From NCBI GenBank assembly GCA_038248955.1, contig JBBRWW010000001.1, positions 25 through 64,024 of the forward strand: DNA of 64,000 nucleotides, written 5' to 3'. Source of the stretch: Lysobacterales bacterium. Its GTDB lineage: Bacteria > Pseudomonadota > Gammaproteobacteria > Xanthomonadales > Xanthomonadaceae. The translations under genes and the position numbers were made by a program. The notes beneath the pieces are model-generated. The model saw only the letters and a program-made list of their open reading frames with translations. It made no database searches and was not told the origin of the DNA. Within the stretch, counting starts at the first letter, position 1. Every line of letters begins with the position of its first letter. Below, piece after piece: positions 44,988 to 54,107 of this stretch.

Positions 44988-45554
44988 ATGACCAGCAACA
45001 GTGCCCGGGACTCATCAGCGCAGCGGTGGTTTGGAAAGGGCTTCGCGGACCTTGGCGAGATAGAGCGCAACGTCATGGAATGGGCCGCGGTGGGAAAGCT
45101 CGTCAGCAGGGACACCAACCGCTCGTATTCCGATGAACTCACGTTTGGCCAGCGCCTGGCCGACAAGGTGGCCAAGTTCGGCGGATCCTGGACGTTCATC
45201 CTGCTGTTCGGGGCGACGCTGCTGCTGTGGACGGGGGTGAACACCCTCATCCTCCACAAACCCTTCGATCCCTACCCGTTCATCTTCCTCAACCTGTTGT
45301 TGTCGATGCTCGCCGCGATCCAGGCACCGGTGATCATGATGAGCCAGAACCGGCAGTCGGTTAAGGATCGTCTCGACGCGGCGCACGACTACGAGGTGAA
45401 CCTCAAGGCCGAGATCGAGATCATGGCGCTGCACGAAAAGCTCGACCATCTGCGCGGCGAGCAGGTGGCGCTGTTGCTCGCCAAGCAGCAGGAGCAGATC
45501 ACCCTGCTCACCGACCTGTTGGCGGCCTCGCGCAAGCCCACTGGCGGCGACTGA
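44988..45554 (+). CDS. DUF1003 domain membrane protein
   Basis: FGQRLADKVAKFGGSWTFI...FDPYPFIFLNLLLSMLAAIQAPVIMMSQNRQSVKDRLDAAHDYEVNLKAEIEI is the family signature as I recall it. Confidence 0.75.
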   Translation: MTSNSARDSSAQRWFGKGFADLGEIERNVMEWAAVGKLVSRDTNRSYSDELTFGQRLADKVAKFGGSWTFILLFGATLLLWTGVNTLILHKPFDPYPFIFLNLLLSMLAAIQAPVIMMSQNRQSVKDRLDAAHDYEVNLKAEIEIMALHEKLDHLRGEQVALLLAKQQEQITLLTDLLAASRKPTGGD

Positions 45555-45725
45555 CTCGTCGGCCGGTCCATTCGACGAAGCAGGAATACAGCCGGGCGCT
45601 GGACACCAGGGGCCGCCGTTGCGACATGGATGCGGCCAACATATGCGCACGCGCAGTGCCATTCCAAGCCACGATGCCGACCGTGCAACGTCGCTGCGCC
45701 GCGGCACGTCGCCCGCGTGCGATCG

Positions 45726-46067
45726 TTACTCCACCGATTCCACCGGCAAGCGCTCGCCCAGCCATCCCTGGATGCCGGCCGACATCACCCGCACGTTGGC
45801 ATACCCCATGGCCTTGGCGCGTCGCGCCGCCGTGGGTGCCTTGCGGCACAGGGGGTTCGAACAATAGAACACCAGTGCGGTGTCCTTGTCGGTCGGCAAA
45901 TCGGCATCCCTGAACTGCACGGGGTCGAGGTTGCGGGCGCCGGGGACGTGGGCCGCCGCCCAGCGCTCTGGCGCATTGACGTCAAACACCGCCGCCTGCC
46001 GCAGTGGCAACAGCCGGCTGAGGTCGACGCAGGAAATGGACTTCACGCCCATCAGCATGGCGAACAT
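45726..46067 (-). CDS. single-domain rhodanese-like protein
   Basis: 113 aa. FDVNAPERWAAAHVPGARN...LVFYCSNPLCRKAPTAARRAKAMGYANVRVMSAGIQGW. AAGGAG Shine-Dalgarno 7 nt upstream. Confidence 0.8.
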   Translation of the reverse strand: MFAMLMGVKSISCVDLSRLLPLRQAAVFDVNAPERWAAAHVPGARNLDPVQFRDADLPTDKDTALVFYCSNPLCRKAPTAARRAKAMGYANVRVMSAGIQGWLGERLPVESVE

Positions 46068-46127
46068 TGGACTCTCCTTGGAAATCGCGGGTGCCGCGCG
46101 CCACGTCGTGGCCCGTGTGCGCCCGGC

Positions 46128-47123
46128 TTAGCGGTCGGGACGGTGGCGGCGGTGGATGTTGTGTCGACGGATGCCCAGTCCGATGATCGCCAGTGCGTAC
46201 ATTGCCGACACCGCCATCAAGGTCGTGGAGCTCCACAGGTGGTGTTTCGACCACCACAGCACCACGACGAAGCTCGTCATCAGTACGGCGTAGACGATGC
46301 CGTGGACCAGCAATTCGCGGCGCTCGACCGGGTTGCGGGCGCGGCCGACGTAACCGCGCACTTCCCACACCACCGCGCCCAGCACGAGGGCCACGGCGGC
46401 CAGGGCGCTGCCGATGACTCCCAGCAGCCCCTTGGTCGAGGCCGCCGCAGCGGTGGCGGCGCCGGCCTTGGCAGGGCCGGTCGTCAGCGACGCGGCGACG
46501 AGCGTGGTGAAGGCGATGCCCGGTGCGCTGCTGCGGGCGACGTCGCCGACCCGCGCCAGCAGCTCGGCGTGGAGCACGTCGCGCGCGCGCTGCAGGCGCT
46601 TGCGTACGGCGCCGTCGCTGAGCCCGAGCAGGTCCGCGACCTGGCGGCTGCTCTGTCCTTCGCGATAGAACAGCAGCAGGACTTCGCGGCATTCGTCCGG
46701 GATCTCGTCGAGCGCCTGCGCCAGCATCGCGAACTGCTCCGCGTTGTGGAACGCCGCTTCCGGACCGGGGCCGGCGTGGGGCGCATCGTGCATCCGCGTA
46801 TCGGTCTCGCCCAGCAAAATTTCCTGGTGCCGCCGACGCCGGACATGGTCGATGGCCTGGTTGCGGGTCACCTGGCGCAGCCAGGGCAGCAGGCTTTCCG
46901 CGTGGTTCATGGCGGCCAGCTTCTGCCAGGCCTTGAGGTAGGTTTCCTGGGCGATGTCCTCGCTGAGCTGGACGTCGCGTGTCACCGCCAGCGCGACGCT
47001 CGCCACCATCCGCTGCGTCGCGCGGACGATCCGCGCGAACGCGTCCTGGTCGCCGCGCCGGGCGGCGACGAAGTCGGCCTCAAGGGCAGAGGTCAAGCTG
47101 CTGGACGTCATCGTCATGGTCAT
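46128..47123 (-). CDS. ECF (sigma-70 family) sigma factor fused to a C-terminal multi-pass membrane domain
   Basis: Start MTMTMTS, within ORF 46128..47306. Region 2 is DIAQETYLKAWQKL...VTRNQAIDHVRRRR. Region 4 is CREVLLLFYREGQSSRQVADLLGLSDGAVRKRLQRAR. This is followed by about 140 aa with 3-4 hydrophobic helices. Confidence 0.8.
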   Translation of the reverse strand: MTMTMTSSSLTSALEADFVAARRGDQDAFARIVRATQRMVASVALAVTRDVQLSEDIAQETYLKAWQKLAAMNHAESLLPWLRQVTRNQAIDHVRRRRHQEILLGETDTRMHDAPHAGPGPEAAFHNAEQFAMLAQALDEIPDECREVLLLFYREGQSSRQVADLLGLSDGAVRKRLQRARDVLHAELLARVGDVARSSAPGIAFTTLVAASLTTGPAKAGAATAAAASTKGLLGVIGSALAAVALVLGAVVWEVRGYVGRARNPVERRELLVHGIVYAVLMTSFVVVLWWSKHHLWSSTTLMAVSAMYALAIIGLGIRRHNIHRRHRPDR

Positions 47124-47368
47124 GTCGGGGTCACCGCCGTGGGTCGTGCCTTCAATACGAACGAGGGCGGGCGATGTGACAGACAGCGCCCCGGTGCCGG
47201 CCGATGCCATTGGAGGCCAACGGTACCGCACAGGCCCGGTGGTGTGCCGACAGCGGCTTGGCAACGCAATCGGGGCGCGCGCGGGCGATTGCCGGTCCGG
47301 GGACAATTGTCAGTGCGTGCGTGACCACCGGGCCCGCCCGTCCATCCAACTAGCGCGCCAGGGAGCCG

Positions 47369-48850
47369 TCAGGCAGCGGATTCGGCTGCCGACCGGGCCG
47401 CCGACGGCCCGCTCGCCGCGGCGATGGCCAGTCCGCTGACGACGCCCAGTGACGCGTTGCCCAGGACGGCCTCGGCCCCGGGGAACAGCGCGGCCACCGT
47501 GCGTTGCACGATGGGCGACCTCGACATGCCACCGGTGAGGTAGACCGTCTCCGGTGGGCGCTCGAGCTCGCCCTGGACGCTTTTCAACAGGGTTCCGAGC
47601 AATGACACGAACCGGCTCGCGGCATCGTCGAGCACTGCTTGGTCGACCGATGCCGCCAGACCCGGCTCGATGTAGTCCAGATCGCTGTGCGCGATGTGGT
47701 GCCCGCTGAGGTGGATCTTGCTCCATTCGACGGCGCGGTTCAGGCGCATGGTGTTGCCCAGCGCCTGCAGCCGCGCCAGTCGCGTCGCGAACGGCGCGTC
47801 CACATGCTCGAAATCCTGGCGCTTGAAGGAGGACTGCCGCTGCAGGTCCTGCACCGCGGACGCCTCGTAGTAGTGGTGCACGGCGGTACGCGTGCCGCCC
47901 TTGCCGAACAACGGCATGAAGCCCCGCATGCTGAGCTCGATGTCGACATCGGTGCCGCCCTGCGGCAGCCCCCACGAGCCAAGGATTTTCGGCGTCGCGG
48001 CGGGCCCGCCAACGTCGGCGATGGCGACATCGGTCGTGCCGCCGCCGATGTCGACCACCAGCGTGCGCCGCTGTGTGGGCGCGCCGCGGTGATGGCCCAG
48101 TGCTGCGGCCGCCGGTTCTTCGAGGAACTCGATCGCCTCGAACCCGGCCGCATGGGCGGCGTCGGTGAGGATCTCGATGGCCTGCAGGCCGCCGGCGTCG
48201 CCCATCGAACTGCGGAACTGCACGGGCCGGCCGAGCACGGCCGAGCGCACCGGCATACCCAATTGCCCGCTCGCGGTCGTGCGGATGTGGCCGAGGATGT
48301 GGGTGGCAATGCCGAGCAGGGTGTTGCGCGCGCTGCCGTGCAGGCGGAAGCCCAGCATCGACTTGGGCGAAACTACCAGGTGGCCGCTGCCGCTGTCGAT
48401 GTAGGCGTCGGTGGCTTCGTCGCCGTAGAGCGCATCCTGCAGGTTGACGCCGGCGTCGACCGCGACCAATGCCTGCTGCGCGCTCCAGCGCCGGCGCACG
48501 ACCTTGACCGCGTCGCGCCGCAGTTCCTCGTCGGACCGGGTGATCACGCGGGGCACCATCGCGAGTGCGTCGTCGCGCCGGTTGGCCGGCTGGGCGAGGG
48601 CCATCTGCCGCGACGCCAGCGCGCGGCCGGCGGCAAGGGTCTGCTCGCGCCTGCTGTCGGCGGCCAGCTGCATCGCCTCGGCCTCGAGCCGCGGCGTGAG
48701 TTCAAAATCGGCCACGTCCGGCAGCTTGAGCGGGAAGAACACCGTGGTGCGGAACTGCTGCTCCTGGCCGAAGCGGATGAGTTCGAGCTGTCCGTCGACC
48801 AGCGCGCCGGCAGCCGAGTAGCTCGTTCCAAAGTCGATGCCGATGCGCAT
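47369..48850 (-). CDS. yegD: YegD-like Hsp70-family (actin-fold ATPase) protein
   Basis: MRIGIDFGTSYS, VLGRPVQF, LVVDIGGGTTDVA and VYLTGGMSRSP are collinear with E. coli YegD as I recall it. Confidence 0.8.
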   Translation of the reverse strand: MRIGIDFGTSYSAAGALVDGQLELIRFGQEQQFRTTVFFPLKLPDVADFELTPRLEAEAMQLAADSRREQTLAAGRALASRQMALAQPANRRDDALAMVPRVITRSDEELRRDAVKVVRRRWSAQQALVAVDAGVNLQDALYGDEATDAYIDSGSGHLVVSPKSMLGFRLHGSARNTLLGIATHILGHIRTTASGQLGMPVRSAVLGRPVQFRSSMGDAGGLQAIEILTDAAHAAGFEAIEFLEEPAAAALGHHRGAPTQRRTLVVDIGGGTTDVAIADVGGPAATPKILGSWGLPQGGTDVDIELSMRGFMPLFGKGGTRTAVHHYYEASAVQDLQRQSSFKRQDFEHVDAPFATRLARLQALGNTMRLNRAVEWSKIHLSGHHIAHSDLDYIEPGLAASVDQAVLDDAASRFVSLLGTLLKSVQGELERPPETVYLTGGMSRSPIVQRTVAALFPGAEAVLGNASLGVVSGLAIAAASGPSAARSAAESAA

Positions 48851-49051
48851 GATCCCGCCATTGCCGATGTGGATTCGCGTTGCGACGGCGACCGCCGCTG
48901 CGCTGTGAGTGCAGCAATATACCGGCGCACGGAGGGTCGACATCCAGATCGACCATCAACCGGCACCGTCGCCCCATGGCCACGACCCTGAACGGCCATG
49001 GACCGTTGCCGCGGCTTGCATTTCTGCGGCCGGGGCGTCATTGCGACCGGC

Positions 49052-49080
49052 AAAAAAAGGCCCCGCGCGCGGGGCCTTTC
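49052..49080 (-). terminator. rho-independent terminator after gcvP
   Basis: The reverse strand reads gaaaggccccgcg-cgcggggccttttttt. Confidence 0.7.
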
Positions 49081-49101
49081 GACTGCATTGGCGCCGCACC
49101 G

Positions 49102-52059
49102 CTAGGCGACGTTCGGCTCGCTGAACGCCTCGATCTCGCCGGCGAACTCGTTGATCGGGATGCAGCTGCAGAACACGTTCTTGTCGCCGTGCACGTTGTC
49201 GACGCGGGCGACCGGCGGCCAGTACTTCTGCTGCCGCAGGCTCGGCAGCGGGAACGCGGCCAGCTCGCGCGGGTAGGCGTGGGTCCATTCGCTTGCGCTC
49301 ACCATCGTCGCGGTGTGCGGGGCGTGCTTGAGCGGGTTGTCCTCGCGGTCGAGCCTGCCGTCGGCGACGGCGCGGATCTCCTCGCGGATCTGGATCATCG
49401 CGTCGATGAACCGGTCGAGCTCGTGCTGCGATTCGCTCTCGGTCGGCTCGACCATCAGCGTACCGGCGACCGGGAAGCTCAGGGTCGGGGCGTGGAAGCC
49501 GAAGTCGACCAGGCGCTTGGCGACGTCCTCGGCGCCGATGCCGGTGGCATCCTTGAGCGGGCGCAGGTCGAGGATGCACTCGTGCGCGACCAGGCCGTTG
49601 CGGCCGGTGTACAGCGTCTCGTAGTGCGGCGCCAGGCGCTTGGCGATGTAGTTGGCGTTGAGCAGCGCGACCTGGGTGGCCTTGCGCAGGCCATGGCTGC
49701 CCATCAGGGTGATGTACATCCAGCTGATCGGCAGGATCGACGCCGAACCGAAGCTCGCCGCGCTGACCATGCCGACGTCGCCTTCGCCGCCCAACGTACG
49801 CGGCAGGAAGGGCGCGAGGTGCGCCTTCACCGCGCACGGGCCGACGCCCGGACCGCCGCCGCCGTGCGGGATGCAGAACGTCTTGTGCAGGTTGAGGTGC
49901 GACACGTCCGAGCCCCACTTGCCGGGCTGGGCGACGCCGACGAGGGCATTCATGTTGGCGCCGTCGGTGTACACCTGGCCGCCGTGGGCATGGACGATCT
50001 CGCAGATCTCGACGATGTCCTCCTCGAACACGCCGTGCGTGGACGGGTAGGTGATCATCAGCGCCGCCAGGCGCGGGCCGTACTTCGCGGCCTGCACGCG
50101 GATGTCCTCGATGTCGACATTGCCGTTGCCGTCGCACTTGGTCACCACCACGTGCATGCCGCACATCTGCGCCGAGGCCGGGTTGGTGCCGTGCGCGGAT
50201 TCCGGGATCAGGCAGATGTCGCGCTGCTCGTCGCCGCGCGAGCGGTGGTAGGCGCGGATCGCCAGCAGGCCGGCGTACTCGCCCTGCGCGCCGGAGTTGG
50301 GCTGCAGGCTGACGGCGTCGTAGCCGGTGCACTCGACCAGCATCGCCTCCAGGCCTTCGATCAGTTGCTGGTAGCCGAGCGTCTGCGCGACCGGCGCCAG
50401 CGGGTGCAGGTTGCCGAACTCCGGCCATGTCACCGGGATCATTTCGGCGGTGGCATTGAGCTTCATCGTGCAGCTGCCCAGCGGGATCATGGTGCGATCC
50501 ATCGCCAGGTCCTTGTCGGCGAGCGAACGCATGTAGCGCAGCAGTTCGTGCTCGCTGTGGTGGGTGTTGAAGACCGGGTGCTGCAGGAACGTCGACTGCC
50601 GGCGCAGGCCGGCGGGCAGGGCATCGGCGGTGTCACGGTCGAGCGCATCGATGGTCGCTCCCGGCATCCTGCCTCCCGCGACACTCGTGCTTCCTTGCAC
50701 GTCGTCGGCGATCTCGGCGCCGAACAGCCCGGCCAGCACGATCACGTCCTCTCGCGTGGTGGTCTCGTCCATGCTGATGCCGACGCTGCCGGCATCGATC
50801 ACGCGCAGGTTGACGCGCGCATCGTGGGCACGGATATGCAATGCCGCGGCGTCGACGCCGGTGGCATGCAGGGTGTCGAAGAAACCGTCGCCGACCGCGA
50901 CGCCGGCGTTGCGCAGCGCGGCGGCGAGGATCGCGGCAAAGCGGTGCGCGCGGCGGGCGATCCGGGTCAGGCCGTCGGGGCCGTGGTAGACCGCGTACAT
51001 GCTCGCCATCACCGCCAGCAGCACCTGCGCGGTGCAGATGTTGGACGTCGCCTTCTCGCGGCGGATGTGTTGTTCGCGGGTCTGCAGGGTCAGGCGGTAA
51101 GCCGCCTTGCCCTCGGCGTCGATCGACACGCCGATCAGGCGCCCGGGCATCGAACGCTTGTAGGCGTCGCGGCAGGCCATGAACGCGGCATGCGGTCCGC
51201 CAAAGCCGAACGGCACGCCAAACCGCTGCGAATTGCCGACCACGATGTCGGCGCCCCATTCGCCCGGGGACTTCAGCAGGGTCAGCGCGAGCAGGTCGGT
51301 GGCGACCGCGACGAGGCCGCCGCGTGCGTGAACCGCGTCGCTGACGGCCTGATAGTCGCCGGCATGGCCGAACGTGTCGGGATACTGCAGCAGCACGCCG
51401 AACGCATCGGTGTCGATCGCATCACGATCGTCGCCGACCACCAGCACGATGTCGAGCGGCTCGGCGCGCGTGCGCAGCACCTCCAGCGTCTGCGGGTGGA
51501 CGCCGCTGGAGACGAAGAACACGTCCGATTTCGACTTTGCCGAGCGCTTGGCCAGGGTCATCGCCTCGGCGGCGGCGGTGCCTTCGTCGAGCAGCGAGGC
51601 ATTGGCGATCTGCATGCCGGTGAGGTCGGCGCACATCGTCTGGAAGTTGATCAACGCCTCCATGCGGCCCTGCGAGATCTCGGCCTGGTACGGCGTGTAG
51701 GCGGTGTACCAGGCGGGGTTCTCGAGGATGTTGCGCAGGATGACGTTCGGGGTGTGGGTGCCGTAATAGCCCTGGCCGATGAAGCTGCGGAATACCTGGT
51801 TCTGGTCCGCGATCACGCGGATCTTCGCCAGCGCCTCGACCTCGCTGACTGGCGCGGGCAGCGCGAGCGGCGCCGCAGACTTGATGTTGGCCGGCACGAT
51901 CGCGTCGGTCAGCGCATCGAGCGAGTCGTGGCCGACCGCGCGCAGCATGTGGGCGATCTCGGCGTCATTGGGGCCGATGTGGCGCTCGAGGAACGCGTCG
52001 TGGTGCTCGAGGTCGCGCAGGGAAACGGGCGTGGTCGATCCGTTGGAAGCAGGGCTCAT
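49102..52059 (-). CDS. gcvP: glycine dehydrogenase (decarboxylating), glycine cleavage system P protein
   Basis: 985 aa from [33 protein letters not shown]-lysine region [19 protein letters not shown]. The upstream part of ORF 49102..52398 is the riboswitch leader, not coding. Confidence 0.96.
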   Translation of the reverse strand: MSPASNGSTTPVSLRDLEHHDAFLERHIGPNDAEIAHMLRAVGHDSLDALTDAIVPANIKSAAPLALPAPVSEVEALAKIRVIADQNQVFRSFIGQGYYGTHTPNVILRNILENPAWYTAYTPYQAEISQGRMEALINFQTMCADLTGMQIANASLLDEGTAAAEAMTLAKRSAKSKSDVFFVSSGVHPQTLEVLRTRAEPLDIVLVVGDDRDAIDTDAFGVLLQYPDTFGHAGDYQAVSDAVHARGGLVAVATDLLALTLLKSPGEWGADIVVGNSQRFGVPFGFGGPHAAFMACRDAYKRSMPGRLIGVSIDAEGKAAYRLTLQTREQHIRREKATSNICTAQVLLAVMASMYAVYHGPDGLTRIARRAHRFAAILAAALRNAGVAVGDGFFDTLHATGVDAAALHIRAHDARVNLRVIDAGSVGISMDETTTREDVIVLAGLFGAEIADDVQGSTSVAGGRMPGATIDALDRDTADALPAGLRRQSTFLQHPVFNTHHSEHELLRYMRSLADKDLAMDRTMIPLGSCTMKLNATAEMIPVTWPEFGNLHPLAPVAQTLGYQQLIEGLEAMLVECTGYDAVSLQPNSGAQGEYAGLLAIRAYHRSRGDEQRDICLIPESAHGTNPASAQMCGMHVVVTKCDGNGNVDIEDIRVQAAKYGPRLAALMITYPSTHGVFEEDIVEICEIVHAHGGQVYTDGANMNALVGVAQPGKWGSDVSHLNLHKTFCIPHGGGGPGVGPCAVKAHLAPFLPRTLGGEGDVGMVSAASFGSASILPISWMYITLMGSHGLRKATQVALLNANYIAKRLAPHYETLYTGRNGLVAHECILDLRPLKDATGIGAEDVAKRLVDFGFHAPTLSFPVAGTLMVEPTESESQHELDRFIDAMIQIREEIRAVADGRLDREDNPLKHAPHTATMVSASEWTHAYPRELAAFPLPSLRQQKYWPPVARVDNVHGDKNVFCSCIPINEFAGEIEAFSEPNVA

Positions 52060-52180
52060 GGCAAGGGTGTCCGCAGAGGTGACGTGCGATGCCGCACGCG
52101 GGCATTCCAGTCCGTCGGCCTCACGGCCGCCGGGCGCTCGCGGGCTTGTGGCTTGCGCCACTCGAAATCCCCGCTTGCCC

Positions 52181-52400
52181 CTCTGTCCTTTTGCCTGAGA
52201 GTTTGGAAACCCCCCGCCGCGCCTGGACCCGGCGCGGACGTGGTGTTTCTTGCCCCTTCGGCGCCGGTGCATGCCCGTGAGGGCGGCCGGTCTCTCCAGA
52301 GTCTCTGCGCGTGGTGGTTTGGGAGCCTGAGCGATTACGGGCGTTGCGTCTTCGGCAGCGGCCCAGCCGGTTCGAGGCTGGCCCGCTTCTCCCACCACGT
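52181..52400 (-). promoter_or_regulatory. tandem glycine riboswitch (two aptamers) in the gcvP leader
   Basis: Reverse-strand aptamer I: GUGGUGGGAGAAGCGGGCCAGCC..GGCUGGGCCGCUGCCGAAGACGCAA..CGCUCAGGCUCCCAAACCACCAC. Aptamer II: CUCUGGAGAGACCGGCC..CACCGGCGCCGAAGGGGCAAG..AACUCUCAGGCAAAAGGACAGAG. Aptamer II matches the GGAGAG / CCGAAGGGGCAA / CUCAGGCAAAAGGAC glycine-riboswitch consensus. Confidence 0.8.
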
Positions 52401-52415
52401 GCTGTTACCGCTCCG

Positions 52416-52421
52416 ATTATA
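52416..52421 (-). promoter_or_regulatory. candidate -10 hexamer for the gcvP riboswitch transcript
   Basis: Perfect TATAAT on the reverse strand about 15 nt upstream of the aptamer I P1 stem. Only a weak -35 (GGGACC) lies 17 nt upstream. Confidence 0.35.
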
Positions 52422-52552
52422 GCCGCCGGCGGGGTGGCGGTCCCGCTCGCGGCAATCTGCTCCGCGCGGCGGGCCCGGGCCCGCATCCCGGGCGGGGTGG
52501 TCGGCGGGGGCGGAGCGGTAATGCCCGACGCCAACGCCGTGCCGCACCGCGG

Positions 52553-54049
52553 TCACAGCTGGAAGCCGATCGTCCGCGCGGTGCCCTCGAGGATGTCGCG
52601 TGGCAGGCTCGGATGGCGGGCCACGTAAGGCGCGGCGCGCTCGGATTGGCGCAATACCCAGTTGGCCAGATCGGTGATTTCGGTCGATCCGTAGAACGCG
52701 GTCGTCAGTTCGTGGTTCAGGAACAGGCTGCGGCCGTCGATGTTGGCCGAGCCGCACAAGGCCACCTGGTCGTCGACGATCACCAGCTTGGCATGGGACA
52801 TCCCTTCCACCAGGCGGATGCCCGCGCCAGCGGCGGCGAGGTCTCGCAGGGCGCGTTCGCGCGCCAGGTCGGCGAGCCGGTGGTTGGAGCGCCGCGGCAC
52901 CAGTACCGTGAGTGCCACGCCGCGACGGCACGCGATCGCCAGGGCCTGGACGAGCGCGTCGTCGGGGACGAAATAGGGGGTCATGACGATCAGCCGGACC
53001 TCGGCCTGGTAGACCGCGCTCAGGAGCAGTTCGTAGAGCGTGTCATCGGTACGTTCGGGGCCGCTGGCGATCAGTTGCGCGGGCGCTTCGTGGTCGGCGG
53101 GGTGGGGGACGGGGGGTGAGGGCGAGGACGAGGGCGAAGACGAGGGCGACACCGGGGGTGACAACGCGGCCCGGCGCACGCCGCGTTGCCAATCCGTGTC
53201 GAACACGGTCTGCGCGTCGATGGCGATGCCACCTTCGATGACAAAGCTGAGGTCCAGCCATGCCGGCTCGCCCGCGCGGCCGCCGAAATATTCATCGGCG
53301 ATGTTGCGGCCGCCGCTCCAGACGACGCCCGCGTCGGCGATCGCAAGCTTGCGGTGGTTGCGCAGGTTGGTCCGGCCCCGCAACGGGTTGTGCAGCAATG
53401 GCATGAACCACCCCACCAACACGCCAGCAGCGGACAACGAAACTCGAAGCGCGCGCGGCGTCCGCACGCTGCCGATCGCATCGATCAACAATCGCACCCG
53501 CACTCCGCGCCGCGCGGCGGCGATCAGCGCCCCCGCCACGCGCCGGCCGGTCGCATCATCGGCGAACACGTACGTGCAGAGATCGAGCCGGTTGCCGGCG
53601 CCGTCGATCAGGCCGAGCAGCGCCTGCAATGCCACCTCGCCATCGGTGAGGATGGTGATGCGGGCGCCGGACCGGACTGGCGCCAGCCCGAGTCCCGCCG
53701 TCAGCCGCACGATCCATCCGGGCGCGTCCGATGGCGCGGCGGCGGCTGGCGGCGTGACCGCGGCCCGCCGCGGACGCGCCAGCTTGCGCGAGCCGATCAT
53801 CAGGTATAGCGGCACGGCGGCATACGGAAACGCGACGATCCCCAGCACCCAGCCGATCGCCGCGGACGGATGCCGCCGCTGCCGGCCGATGCGCGTCACC
53901 AGTACATAGGTCAGCAGCCCGAGGGCAATGGCCGCGGCATGCAGGAAGGTGGCGAGGTTCCAGGGCAAGGAGGGCAAGGTCCGATCCGATGTCGGCGGCA
54001 CCCGGGGCAACGCCGGTTGGCGGTCGCCGCGGTCAGCCAGTGCGCTCAT
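52553..54049 (-). CDS. second PLD-superfamily cardiolipin synthase-like protein
   Basis: N-terminal transmembrane helices with AIGWVLGIVAFPYAAVPLYLMIGSRK. HKD motifs NHRKLAIADAGVVWSGGRNI and SHAKLVIVDDQVALCGSANID. Ser/Pro-rich linker SPSSSPSSSPSPP. Start MSALAD at 54049 preferred. Confidence 0.85.
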   Translation of the reverse strand: MSALADRGDRQPALPRVPPTSDRTLPSLPWNLATFLHAAAIALGLLTYVLVTRIGRQRRHPSAAIGWVLGIVAFPYAAVPLYLMIGSRKLARPRRAAVTPPAAAAPSDAPGWIVRLTAGLGLAPVRSGARITILTDGEVALQALLGLIDGAGNRLDLCTYVFADDATGRRVAGALIAAARRGVRVRLLIDAIGSVRTPRALRVSLSAAGVLVGWFMPLLHNPLRGRTNLRNHRKLAIADAGVVWSGGRNIADEYFGGRAGEPAWLDLSFVIEGGIAIDAQTVFDTDWQRGVRRAALSPPVSPSSSPSSSPSPPVPHPADHEAPAQLIASGPERTDDTLYELLLSAVYQAEVRLIVMTPYFVPDDALVQALAIACRRGVALTVLVPRRSNHRLADLARERALRDLAAAGAGIRLVEGMSHAKLVIVDDQVALCGSANIDGRSLFLNHELTTAFYGSTEITDLANWVLRQSERAAPYVARHPSLPRDILEGTARTIGFQL

Positions 54050-54107
54050 CTTGCGCGATCGTGGTCGCGATCGTTCCCACCCGGCCCGCCGTGCCGGCAG
54101 GACTATC

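Noticed and set aside
47152-47349. 65-aa minus-strand ORF between yegD-like and the sigma gene as a candidate anti-sigma factor
   Set aside because: It is Arg/Ala/Pro-rich with no zinc-finger (HxxxCxxC) or transmembrane segment, and it lies upstream of the sigma gene rather than downstream. It is most likely non-coding promoter region.
47369-48850. Apparent ~100-aa insertion after the first phosphate-binding loop of the Hsp70-like protein
   Set aside because: E. coli YegD, as I recall its sequence, has a comparably long segment at the same place. The segment is a family feature, not a novelty.
52060-52180. Specific anti-Shine-Dalgarno or terminator model for the riboswitch expression platform
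   Set aside because: Only a 6-bp complementarity (GGCAAG / CUUGCC next to the ATG) could be seen by eye. That is too weak to assert a mechanism without folding calculations.
48880-52422. 1180-aa plus-strand ORF
   Set aside because: It is antisense to gcvP, which has an unmistakable P-protein sequence. The composition is Arg/Ala/Gly/Val-rich with no motifs. It also reads through the riboswitch region.
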